Source: Candidatus Krumholzibacteriia bacterium
Lineage (GTDB): Bacteria > Krumholzibacteriota > Krumholzibacteriia > JAJRXK01
Reading direction: 5' to 3'
Length of the DNA stretch: 64,000 nucleotides
NCBI GenBank assembly: GCA_035268685.1
Contig: DATFKK010000087.1
Coordinates: 15,717-79,716, forward strand
Shown here piece by piece: positions 18,758-27,582 of this stretch; position 1 is the first letter of the stretch, and the number at the start of each line of letters is the position of its first letter. The notes beneath the pieces are model-generated. The model was not told where the DNA came from, ran no database searches, and saw nothing but the letters and a program-made list of their open reading frames with translations. A program made the translations under genes and the position numbers.

Positions 18758-20437
18758 TTGTCGCGGAGATTTCTGCCAGCCCTTCGGGGTACGTGGCAGA
18801 TCGGAACGATTCTCGTGGCTGTCGCCCTCGTCGCCCTCGCCGCCGTGCCGGCGGCACGCGCCGCGACGGAACCGGGCGGAGTGATCGTCCGGGACGTTCG
18901 CATCGAGCGGTCGCCGATCTTCGACGAAGAGGACCAGGAGCGCTTCGGGTGGCTCCCCCTGTCCCTCGTCAACGATCTGCACGTCGACACCCGCCAGGGG
19001 GTGATCGAGCGGGAACTGTTGTTCGCCGAGGGCGAGCCGCTCGACCCGGAACACCTGCAGGAGAGTGAGCGAAAGCTGCGCGGCCTGGGGATCTTCACCG
19101 CGGTCGAGGTCGAGGCGCGGGCCGCTCCGGGTGACTCGGTGGACGTCGTGGTGCGCACCCAGGAGGTGTGGAGCACCTCCGTCGACGTCGGCTACGAGAG
19201 CTTCGAGGACGAGCGCGTCTGGAGCCTGTCGCTGAGCGAGCGCAATCTCCTGGGCACCGCTCGGCGTGTCGACCTGCAGCTCGACTCGGGGGTCGACCGG
19301 TCGAGCTGGGCGGTGGGGCTGAGCGATCCGCAGCTGTTCGACGGCAGATGGAACGGATCGGTGTCCTGGCGGGACGCCGACGACGGCAACGCCATCCAGT
19401 GGCGACTGGCGCGTCCCTATGTCTCACTGACCGACCGTGCCACGTTCGGTCTGTCGTTCTCCGACCGGACGGCCTCGCCGCGGTACTACATCGCCGACGG
19501 AGCCTACGTGCGTCCGCAGGGTGAGTTCACCGACGTGGGTGTCGAACTCGGTCATCGGGTCGGGACCACGGCGTCCCGCGTGTGGCGCGGCGTGGTCGGA
19601 TTCCGCCTGCACAGCCAGGACCTGAGCTCGGAGGGAAGCCTCGCCATCGAGACCCCTCGCGGCACCCTCGACCGTCGCTACGAATTCCCCCGTGACGTTC
19701 CCGAGAACGAGTCGTGGCGCACGGTGTACCTGGGTGTTTCGCAACGCACGCGGATCTACGAAGAGCTGCGCTTCGTCCGGGGTATGGGCAAGGTCGAGGA
19801 CATCGCCTTCGGACCGGAGTTCGACCTGCGTCTGGGCTGGACCACGCGCGCGCTCGGGAGTACCGAGAGCGGGCTGTGGGTCGATCTGCGCTCGTCGTGG
19901 TTCGGACGCAGTGGCCGTGGCTGGTTGCACGCCGCGTCGATCTCCTCGAGCGGCCTGGTCACGGGTGACGGCGGACGCGACCTGCGCGTCGTGGCCGACC
20001 TGCAGGGGTATCATCGTCTGCGCGACGGACTGACCTTCGCGAGTGGCTTCCGTGCCGGTGCGATCAGTCAGGCCGACCGGCATCAGGTGTTCTCGCTCGG
20101 ACTCGAATCCGGGCTCCGTGCGGCGCGCTTCCGCGAGTTCAACGGCGACCGTCTGTTGCGGGCGAACATGGAGCTGCGCGCCGTCTACACACCCGGCCTG
20201 CTCGACACCTTCGTGCCGGGCGTGACGCTGTTCGCCGACACCGGTGTCGCCTGGTTCGAGGACGGGCGCGACTTCAGTCCCGAGGATCTGCGGGGCGCCT
20301 ACGGCATCGGGCTGCGATTGGGCTTCGTACGCGCCGCCGACGATCTTCCCGTACGGCTCGACCTGGCCTGGCCCGCGCTCTACGATCTCGACCGCAGCAG
20401 CCCCGTGATCAGTGTGGGGACGGGCCAGGTCTTCTGA
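18758..20437 (+). CDS. Omp85/BamA-family outer membrane protein (second paralogue)
   Basis: Signal-like ILVAVALVALAAVPAARA. POTRA-like VRDVRIERSPIFDEED...RELLFAEGEPLD. Barrel ending ...ISVGTGQVF. Start uncertain (TTG 18758 suggested). Confidence 0.65.
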   Translation: MSRRFLPALRGTWQIGTILVAVALVALAAVPAARAATEPGGVIVRDVRIERSPIFDEEDQERFGWLPLSLVNDLHVDTRQGVIERELLFAEGEPLDPEHLQESERKLRGLGIFTAVEVEARAAPGDSVDVVVRTQEVWSTSVDVGYESFEDERVWSLSLSERNLLGTARRVDLQLDSGVDRSSWAVGLSDPQLFDGRWNGSVSWRDADDGNAIQWRLARPYVSLTDRATFGLSFSDRTASPRYYIADGAYVRPQGEFTDVGVELGHRVGTTASRVWRGVVGFRLHSQDLSSEGSLAIETPRGTLDRRYEFPRDVPENESWRTVYLGVSQRTRIYEELRFVRGMGKVEDIAFGPEFDLRLGWTTRALGSTESGLWVDLRSSWFGRSGRGWLHAASISSSGLVTGDGGRDLRVVADLQGYHRLRDGLTFASGFRAGAISQADRHQVFSLGLESGLRAARFREFNGDRLLRANMELRAVYTPGLLDTFVPGVTLFADTGVAWFEDGRDFSPEDLRGAYGIGLRLGFVRAADDLPVRLDLAWPALYDLDRSSPVISVGTGQVF

Positions 20438-20445
20438 ACGGGAGC

Positions 20446-21909
20446 GTGTCCTTGGCCAACGGCCGCACCATTGCCCGCAACAGCGCCTTCCTCGGGCTCG
20501 CCTTCGCGATCTCCAAACTCTTCTCGATCGGTCTGACGGCGATCGCCGGTCGTGTGCTCGGTGCCACCGGCTTCGGTCTGTACGCAACGGGCGCGGCACT
20601 GGTCGAGGTGGGGCGGATCGTCGGCGGTGCCGGCCTGGACTATCTGGTCGCGCGCGAGGTCGCGAGTGCGCCGGAGCGGGCCGACCGCGTGGCGCGTCAC
20701 GCGGCTGCCCTGAAGCTGGCGGCCGGCGCGGTGATCTACCTCGCCCTGCTCGCCATCGTCGTGTGGATGGACTACCCGCGTCCGGTCCTCGGGGTGGTCC
20801 TGATCGTCGGGACCGCTCTGTTCCTCGAGAACCTGAGCGACACGCTCGACGCCGTGTTCCAGGGCGTCGAACGCATGCACGTGACGACGATCGCCTTCGC
20901 CACCAGCTCGGCCTTCGTGTTCGTGAGCGGTGCGGCGGCATTGCTGGGCGGGCTCGGCGTGCTCGGCTACGCCGCGTGCTTCGCCGCCGGATTCGTCGTG
21001 CGCTTCGCGGTCATGCTGCGCGCGGCCACGCGGGACGGCCTGGTGTCGTCGCGATGGCGGGGGCTCGAACGCGGCGAGTCGGTGCGTCAGCTTCGGGCGG
21101 CGGTTCCACTGCTCGGCGCCACGGTCCTGGCCGTGGTCTTCCATCGCATGGATCTGCTCATGCTCGGTCGCATGGAGGCTCCCGAGCAGGTCGGGCTGTA
21201 CGCGGCGGCGGTCCGGATCGTCGACGTCGTGGTGCTCCTGCCGCGCATCCTGGCGACGGCCGTCTATCCGACCCTGCGCAAGCAGCTCGACGTCGACGCC
21301 ACGCGGCTCGGTGCGATGGTCGCCGACGCCACCCGTGTCTCGCTGGTGTTGTGTTCGCTGGCGGGCCTCGCCGTGTGGTTCCTCGCCCCGGTGGCCCTTC
21401 GGTGGATTCCCGGACCCGAGTTCGTTCCCGCGACCGACGCCCTGCGCCTGCTCAGCTGGGGCATCGTCCTGCAGGGCGGCGCCCACATGATCGCCCGGCT
21501 GCTGCTGGCCATCGAGGCCGAGCGCGATTTCGCCCTGGTGGCCGGAGCGTCGCTGCTCGTGAACCTGGGGCTGAACCTGTGGTCGATCCCCCGCTTCGGG
21601 ATCGAGGGCGCGGCCTTCGCCACCCTCGCCGCCTACGGCGTGAACCTCGCCCTGTACTTCGTGGTGGCGGCACGGCGCGGTCGTCGGATCCCTCTGGGTC
21701 GCTCCGTGATCGGGCCGATCGGTGCGGTGGTCGCGGCCTTCGCCGTCACGGTGTGGATGAGCGACGCCGCGTCGTGGGTCCAGGTCGCCACGGTGGCCGC
21801 TGGTTGGGCGATCGTCCTGGTCGGGCTGCGTGGCGTGCGCGGAATGGACCTCGATCGGATCCGCAAGTTGATCCGGCGCGACGCCGATGGTGCTTTCCGA
21901 GAGAGTTGA
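20446..21909 (+). CDS. MOP-superfamily polysaccharide/oligosaccharide flippase (Wzx/MurJ-like)
   Basis: ~12-14 TM helices. Typical flippase layout (N-terminal KLFSIGLTAIAGRVLG, internal RMDLLMLGRM). GTG start at 20446. Confidence 0.7.
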   Translation: MSLANGRTIARNSAFLGLAFAISKLFSIGLTAIAGRVLGATGFGLYATGAALVEVGRIVGGAGLDYLVAREVASAPERADRVARHAAALKLAAGAVIYLALLAIVVWMDYPRPVLGVVLIVGTALFLENLSDTLDAVFQGVERMHVTTIAFATSSAFVFVSGAAALLGGLGVLGYAACFAAGFVVRFAVMLRAATRDGLVSSRWRGLERGESVRQLRAAVPLLGATVLAVVFHRMDLLMLGRMEAPEQVGLYAAAVRIVDVVVLLPRILATAVYPTLRKQLDVDATRLGAMVADATRVSLVLCSLAGLAVWFLAPVALRWIPGPEFVPATDALRLLSWGIVLQGGAHMIARLLLAIEAERDFALVAGASLLVNLGLNLWSIPRFGIEGAAFATLAAYGVNLALYFVVAARRGRRIPLGRSVIGPIGAVVAAFAVTVWMSDAASWVQVATVAAGWAIVLVGLRGVRGMDLDRIRKLIRRDADGAFRES

Positions 21910-21937
21910 ACGGGCCCGTCGGCGCTGCGCACGAACC

Positions 21938-22711
21938 TCAGCGGCGGTCGCCCGAATCGAACTGCCCCGGCAACTGACGCCACCGGGAACGCAGTCGTTC
22001 TCGGGCCACGGCACCGGGGAACAGCCAGCGCAGAGCCACGTAGCCTCCGACGAGCCCGCCGATGTGCGCCCAGTAGGCCACGCCCCCCGACTGTCCGGGC
22101 ACCAACAGGCCGAACACACCACCGAGCACCTGTAGAGCCGTCCACACCGAGATCAACAACAGGGCCGGTACCTGCAGGAACTGCACGAAGAACCCCAGGA
22201 ACAACAGCGAAGTGATCCGGGCCTTCGGGTAGAGCACGACGTAGGCACCCAGCATGCCGCTGACGGCACCGCTGGCTCCGATCACCGGCACGATCGAATC
22301 GGGATCGGTGGCCACGTGGGCGGCGAGGCCGACCAGGCCGGTGACGAGATAGAACCCCAGGAAGCGCACCGGGCCGAGGAAGTCCTCGACGTTGTTCCCG
22401 AAGATCCACAGGAAGTGCATGTTGAACAGCAGGTGCATCCAGCCACCGTGCAGGAACATCGACGTGACCGCGGTCAACGGCAGGAACGACGGTCCTTCCA
22501 CGTGCACCAGGGGCATGCCCTGCACGCGTCCGACGAGATCCACGAGGCTGGTGAGTTCGTAGGGCGTCGCTCCCCAGCGCGCGATGAAGAAGCCCATTTC
22601 GGCGCCGGCGGCGAGTTCGCGCACGAACACCAGCAGGTTCAGCGCGATCAGACCCAGCGTGATCACGGGGAACCGCTCGGTCGGGTTGTGGTCGCGCAGC
22701 GGAACGATCAT
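21938..22711 (-). CDS. rhomboid family intramembrane serine protease
   Basis: Catalytic GASGAVSG and downstream AHIGGLVGG (Ser-His dyad). Six TM helices. Confidence 0.8.
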   Translation of the reverse strand: MIVPLRDHNPTERFPVITLGLIALNLLVFVRELAAGAEMGFFIARWGATPYELTSLVDLVGRVQGMPLVHVEGPSFLPLTAVTSMFLHGGWMHLLFNMHFLWIFGNNVEDFLGPVRFLGFYLVTGLVGLAAHVATDPDSIVPVIGASGAVSGMLGAYVVLYPKARITSLLFLGFFVQFLQVPALLLISVWTALQVLGGVFGLLVPGQSGGVAYWAHIGGLVGGYVALRWLFPGAVARERLRSRWRQLPGQFDSGDRR

Positions 22712-22714
22712 GGA

Positions 22715-23329
22715 TCAGTCGAACCAGTTCGACACGCGATCCCAGAACGAGACCGATCGCTCCACGCGCAACGGCAGGGCATCGGCATTGCGCTTGGGCC
22801 AGACGTCGCCCTCGTTGCACAGCTGCACGCCGAGACCGTAGCGCTCGTGGGGCAGCGGCTCGACCGTGCCCTCGCGGAAGCGCGGATCGACGGCCACCTC
22901 GAAGTGCCCGAGGATCAGCGGCGCGTCCGGCGGCTGCCGATCGCAGCCCAGGAACAGGATCTCGGCGCCCTCGCCGAAGATGATCTCCTTCTCCTGCAGG
23001 CCCTCGAGTGGTTTCCACACCACCGGTCCGGCCGGCTCGAGGAAGTCGGCCATCTCGATGCGCAGCACCATGCCGCTGAACTCGATCGCCGGATCCCCGC
23101 GGATCCCGAGGTAGCAGGTGAAGGTGTCGTCGTCATCGTCCAGACGGATCGCGCGCGAGCTCCCCTCGGGATCGGCGTAGAGGCCGATCGTGTAGTCGCC
23201 GACGTCGGGGTCGGGATCGGAACCGAGGTTCTGTGCCGCCGCCCGGACCGGACCGAGTGCGGACACGAGGACCAGGAACACGAAGAAGAAGGACGCCACC
23301 GGGCGCTCGCGGTCGATTGCTTTGCTCAT
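22715..23329 (-). CDS. secreted hypothetical protein
   Basis: Signal peptide MSKAIDRERPVASFFFVFLVLVSALGPVRAAAQ. Lies between DUF2064 (stop overlaps its start) and rhomboid. Confidence 0.45.
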   Translation of the reverse strand: MSKAIDRERPVASFFFVFLVLVSALGPVRAAAQNLGSDPDPDVGDYTIGLYADPEGSSRAIRLDDDDDTFTCYLGIRGDPAIEFSGMVLRIEMADFLEPAGPVVWKPLEGLQEKEIIFGEGAEILFLGCDRQPPDAPLILGHFEVAVDPRFREGTVEPLPHERYGLGVQLCNEGDVWPKRNADALPLRVERSVSFWDRVSNWFD

Positions 23330-24069
23330 GACTCGGGCAGGTCGATGCCGGGACGGGGGTCGAGTTCGGGCCGGTCGCAACGGACGAGCCAATCCCGGGT
23401 GATCTTCGCGCGCCCTGGGTGCTCGCGCAAGCGGGTGACGAGCGAACGCAGGTCGTCGGGCGTGTCGACGTCGAACCAGCCGCGCGTCTCGGACCGCTCC
23501 AGGCCCAGGGCGTCGGCACGATTCCGCAGGGCTTCTCCCGTCCTCGGACTGCTCCACGGCAACGCGTCGAACAGCCCCGGCACGCGCCGACCCACGCCGA
23601 TGCACCACACGCCCCCGTCGGCCGCGGAACCCAGGACCAGGTCGGCGCCGTGGGCGAGGGCATCCAGGGCGGAGCCGAGGTGCCCGGCCGGGAGGTCCGG
23701 ACTGTCGGTCCCCACGATCAGCAGCGGCAGTTCCCCGCGCCCGTCGGCCTCGTCGACGGCTGCGCTCAACCGGTCGCCCAGGTCGCCCGCGGACTGCGGG
23801 CTGCGGTCGAGACGACCGGATCGCTGGGCCTGGCGCAGGGTCACGCGGAAGGGGGCCGATGCGTAGGTCTCGGGTCCCGACCCGTCGAGCCAAAGCCGGC
23901 AGTGGCGGGCAGCCGACCCGAGTGCGAGGTTCACGGTGTCCTCGACGAAGGCCTCGTACAGGGACGCGGCCCCGTCGGGGCCGAGCAAAGGGATCAGACG
24001 CGTCTTGGCGGTGCCGGGGCGCGGCGCCTTCGCGAAGATCCCGAGACAGGCATCGATGGGTGAGGTCAT
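23326..24069 (-). CDS. DUF2064 family protein (TIGR04282-like putative nucleotidyl/glycosyl transferase)
   Basis: MTSPIDACLGIFAKAPRPGTAKTRL ... LLIVGTDSPDLPAGHL ... ADGGVWCIGVGRRVPGLFDALPWSS ... DVDTPDDL. The 645-aa track ORF is over-extended upstream. Confidence 0.7.
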   Translation of the reverse strand: MTSPIDACLGIFAKAPRPGTAKTRLIPLLGPDGAASLYEAFVEDTVNLALGSAARHCRLWLDGSGPETYASAPFRVTLRQAQRSGRLDRSPQSAGDLGDRLSAAVDEADGRGELPLLIVGTDSPDLPAGHLGSALDALAHGADLVLGSAADGGVWCIGVGRRVPGLFDALPWSSPRTGEALRNRADALGLERSETRGWFDVDTPDDLRSLVTRLREHPGRAKITRDWLVRCDRPELDPRPGIDLPES

Positions 24070-24520
24070 GCGCGAAACCGGGGAAGAGGGCACGGAACGT
24101 CGCGCCCTCCCATGGTACCGCAAGCGGGTCGACTCGCTGCTGAGAATCGCAGACGAGGCACGGGAACGCATGCACGCGGTCGCGCGGGTCCGCCGCCTGC
24201 CGCGCCGGGCCCAGGTCCTGAACGCCTTCGACGGCGCCGCCACCGTGTTCTGGATCGAGGACGGCCGGGTGCGGCTCTCGCGCTTCGAGGCCGACGGCTC
24301 GGAGACCGCGGTGGCCATCCTGGAGCGCGGCGAGGTCTTCGGGATCGACACCTCGGTGGGACCCGGTGAGGTGCGAGCGGCCACGGCCGAGGCCCTCGAG
24401 ACGAGCACCGTCCTGGCCTTCGAGCCCTCCGACCTCCGTGCCCTGCAACGCGACGAACACCTTCGCGACGTGGTGTCGGCCCTGGCGCCTCCCTCGACGT
24501 CCACGGGAGCCGCAGCGTGA
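24068..24520 (+). CDS. cyclic-nucleotide-binding (Crp effector-like) domain protein, no HTH
   Basis: AFDGAATVFWIEDGRVRLSRFEADGSETAVAILERGEVFGIDTS matches a cNMP-binding beta-roll. Start ambiguous: ATG 24068 overlaps the divergent DUF2064 start; alternative ATG 24170. Confidence 0.45.
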   Translation: MRETGEEGTERRALPWYRKRVDSLLRIADEARERMHAVARVRRLPRRAQVLNAFDGAATVFWIEDGRVRLSRFEADGSETAVAILERGEVFGIDTSVGPGEVRAATAEALETSTVLAFEPSDLRALQRDEHLRDVVSALAPPSTSTGAAA

Positions 24521-25254
24521 GTCGGATCTTCGTGGTGATCCCCGCTCTCGACGAGGAGGCTTCGATCGGTCACGTGCTCGAGCCCGTCGCCGACCGCCCG
24601 CGGGTCGAGGTCGTGGTGTGCGACAACGGGTCGACCGATGCCACGGCCGACGTCGCCCGCGCGCACGGAGCCACGGTCGTCCGCGACGAGCGACGGGGCT
24701 ACGGCCAGGCCTGTCTGACGGCGCTGGCCGAGGTCCGCTCCCGCGGGCCCGCCGCCGACGACGTGGTCTGCTTCCTCGACGCCGACTTCAGCGACGATCC
24801 CACCCAGCTGCCCGAGATCGTCGGACCCGTCGAACGCGGCGAGGCCGACATGGTGATCGGTTCCCGTGTGCTCGGCCGTCGTGAGGCGGGTGCCCTGCTG
24901 CCCCAGGCCCGCTGGGGGAACTGGTTGGCCACCCGGGCCATCGCGTGGATCACCGGTGTCCGCTTCACCGATCTCGGCCCGTTCCGCGCCATCCGCTGGT
25001 CGACGCTCGAGGCCGCCGCGATGGAGGACCGGGCCTATGGCTGGACGGTCGAGATGCAGCTCAAGGTGGCGGCCGCAGGCGCGCGCTGTATCGAGGTTCC
25101 GGCCCACTACCGCAAGCGCATCGGCCGCAGCAAGGTCACGGGGACCATCCGCGGAACGGTCCTGGCCAGCGTGACCATTCTGTCGATCCTCGGCCGGTGG
25201 GCGTGGCACCATACGCGGGGCCGCGGTCGTCTGGTCACCGACACACCGTCCTGA
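24517..25254 (+). CDS. glycosyltransferase family 2 (DPM1/GtrB-like)
   Basis: IFVVIPALDEEASIGHVL...VVVCDNGSTDAT...FLDADFSDDP...RRGYGQA...GFRAI-type motifs. C-terminal TM helix. GTGA overlap with the upstream stop. Confidence 0.75.
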   Translation: MSRIFVVIPALDEEASIGHVLEPVADRPRVEVVVCDNGSTDATADVARAHGATVVRDERRGYGQACLTALAEVRSRGPAADDVVCFLDADFSDDPTQLPEIVGPVERGEADMVIGSRVLGRREAGALLPQARWGNWLATRAIAWITGVRFTDLGPFRAIRWSTLEAAAMEDRAYGWTVEMQLKVAAAGARCIEVPAHYRKRIGRSKVTGTIRGTVLASVTILSILGRWAWHHTRGRGRLVTDTPS

Positions 25255-25500
25255 CGCATCCACGGCACGCGATCGCGTCTTGCCAATCCTGTGCGATGGA
25301 ACTAAACCTCGCCCGACCGATTCGGTCGTCGAAGCTTCGTCCAGAGAGGCGAAGCCCCGGCCGCGACTCGCTCGATGGGGACGGAGCCCTTGGTCAGAAG
25401 ATTGATCGGTTTCACCGGAGTCCTGTTCACGCTGATCCTGCTCGGGATCGGTCTCTCCGCGCTCTGAGTCGGGGCGCGGAGCCGCGACGGATCGCTCCGG

Positions 25501-25986
25501 TCAGCGAATCGCCCAACGTACCACCGTGCGCCACTGGCTCTCGTCGGGCTCCCAGGCCGGGTCGGTGAGATAGATCTCCCACGGGGCGCCGCTCGGCTCC
25601 ATCCCGTTCTGCATCATGTGCACCTGCAGGGCCAGGTAGGCGGTCGACAGCGTGTCGAGCTTGCCCTGGTGCACCGTGGTCGCGACGCGACCACCCGGAA
25701 GGGTCCCGGCCTTGACCGGATCCTCGGCCTCGACCTCGTCCTCCACCGGAAAGCCGCAGATGAGCCGCCACGGCGTGGGCGGAGGGATCTCGTCGTCCAG
25801 ACGCTGGATCTGCGGCACGACACAGATCGGCGGCCCGGCCGGTATGACCCCGGCCGTGTCCAGGAGACTCCACACCTCGGTGAGGGTCTGTTCGACCCGG
25901 GTCTCGAATTCATCGGGCATGCACTCGAACTCGAAGCCCACGTAGGGCTGTTCGATGCCTTCCTCGACTTCGACCTGGTACTCCAC
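25501..25986 (-). CDS. GyrI-like small-molecule-binding domain protein
   Basis: VEYQVEVEEGIEQPYVGFEFE ... TTVHQGKLDTLSTAYLALQVHMMQNGMEPSGAPWEIYLTDP is the typical GyrI-like pattern. Start (GTG ~25986) uncertain. Confidence 0.55.
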   Translation of the reverse strand: MEYQVEVEEGIEQPYVGFEFECMPDEFETRVEQTLTEVWSLLDTAGVIPAGPPICVVPQIQRLDDEIPPPTPWRLICGFPVEDEVEAEDPVKAGTLPGGRVATTVHQGKLDTLSTAYLALQVHMMQNGMEPSGAPWEIYLTDPAWEPDESQWRTVVRWAIR

Positions 25987-26194
25987 TTGACCGCCTCGGA
26001 GGTCTGCGCGCTGGCCGCCGTGTCCGGCGCGGATCGCGAAGCCTAACACGCATCTTTGCCGGCTTGAATGCCGCGTTGTCGGTGCGGAGTGATGGAAAAG
26101 CATCAGGGTCCGGAATCGGTATATCAATTACCTTTTGCTATGGAATGGATCGGGGTACCGTGTCCGCGATTCGCCACTTGCCAAGGAGGAAGCC

Positions 26195-26527
26195 ATGCGA
26201 CGCGCCTCACGACGGCCGGGCGAACGTCCGGCGTACGAACGCCGTACAGAACTGCGGATGAGCACCGCGCTGCGTGGTGGTTCGGTCTCCGAGGTCGAGG
26301 CCACGTGCCAGCGCATCGCCGACTACCTGATCGAAGTGTCCCGTGATCAGGAACTCGAGCCGGCGCTGCACGCGTTCCTTCGCGCCTTCGATCTCGGGTG
26401 CAAGAGACTCGATCCCGAAGCGCGCGCGCGCAGCGAGCAGGTCTACGAGTCGGTCTACCGTCACGGGTTGGCCGCCTCCGAGGGGCGGACTCCTCGCGAG
26501 GGCTGCGATCCCTACTTCTGGGGGTGA
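26195..26527 (+). CDS. hypothetical protein
   Basis: AAGGAGGA Shine-Dalgarno immediately before ATG 26195. 110 aa, no known motif. Confidence 0.4.
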   Translation: MRRASRRPGERPAYERRTELRMSTALRGGSVSEVEATCQRIADYLIEVSRDQELEPALHAFLRAFDLGCKRLDPEARARSEQVYESVYRHGLAASEGRTPREGCDPYFWG

Positions 26528-26622
26528 CTCCTCCGACTCCGGTCGATCCCGAACGGGGCGGGGGTTCCCGTCCCGCTCCAGCGCCCTCCGGATCGAACGG
26601 GGGGCGCGTTCTCGTGTCCGGT

Positions 26623-27582
26623 TCACGGAGACGAGATCGTCATCGACGCGGGTGCGCCCTGCACGCTGCGTTCGGCCAGGGTCTCCACGGCCTTCATCGC
26701 CCCCGCGGCGACGGCGGCGAGGAAATCCATGGCCACGTCGAAGTCGTCCTCGAGCACGTCGAAGAGCGCTTCGTGATTCCCGCGCAACGTCGTGACGTCG
26801 GTCCGGGCCACGGGGGTGTACCAGCGCTCTCCCCGGGCCAGGGTCTCGAGGTTCCCCAGCGGGTAGCCGCGTCCTGCTTCGAAGGTGCCGCCGTCGGGAA
26901 GACGGCACTCGACCTCGCCCTCGAGGATCACGAGCAGATGATCGGCCGTCTCGCCGGGCCGCCACAACTCGGTTCCACCGGTCCAGCGTTCCTGCCGCAT
27001 GGACGTCGCCATCAGCATGAGCGCCTCGAGCCCCAGGTTGCGGAAGATGTTCCCGCGTCTCAACAGCACGAGGCGTTCGACCGCGTCGAGCGATCGCTTC
27101 GGCAGGCTGACGGCCTCGCCGGTCCACGGCACACGGCTCGATCCCGCCACGATCCGCGGCATGATCTGCAGATGGTACGACGCCACGTTGCGCAGCAGGT
27201 TCTGCAGCAGACGGAAGTTCTCCTCGAGCGCGGCCACGATGGCATCGAGTTCGAACACGAGCGCGACGCCCTCCGTCGCCGCCCGCGCCTCGAAGTTCGG
27301 TTCCACCCGCGAGAGCGCGGGGATGATTCCCACGTTCTCACCGCTGCCGCACGAGACGATCTCCCGGCCGTGGCTGAACACGGCGACCTGGCCGCTCACG
27401 ATCACGAAGAAGCGATCGACGGGTTCGCCCTCGCGCAGTACCAGGTCACCTCGACGCAACACGACCTCTTCGGCCTGGCGCGAGAGCGCGGTCAGGTCGC
27501 GGGTCGCGATGCCCTGCAACTGCGGAAGCGTACGCAGGTAGAGCAGGCGATCGATCGGTCCGACGAAGCGTGGATCACTCAT
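26623..27582 (-). CDS. tandem cyclic-nucleotide-binding domain protein
   Basis: Two cNMP-binding beta-roll units (RGDLVLREGEPVDRFFVIVSGQVAV... and HLLVILEGEVECRL...). Start MSDPRFVGPID at 27582 overlaps the end of the upstream gene. Confidence 0.65.
   Translation of the reverse strand: MSDPRFVGPIDRLLYLRTLPQLQGIATRDLTALSRQAEEVVLRRGDLVLREGEPVDRFFVIVSGQVAVFSHGREIVSCGSGENVGIIPALSRVEPNFEARAATEGVALVFELDAIVAALEENFRLLQNLLRNVASYHLQIMPRIVAGSSRVPWTGEAVSLPKRSLDAVERLVLLRRGNIFRNLGLEALMLMATSMRQERWTGGTELWRPGETADHLLVILEGEVECRLPDGGTFEAGRGYPLGNLETLARGERWYTPVARTDVTTLRGNHEALFDVLEDDFDVAMDFLAAVAAGAMKAVETLAERSVQGAPASMTISSP

Noticed and set aside
23326-25263. 645-aa minus ORF
   Set aside because: Only the 3' 248 codons (DUF2064) are supported. 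The 5' portion is antisense to the cNMP-binding and GT2 genes.
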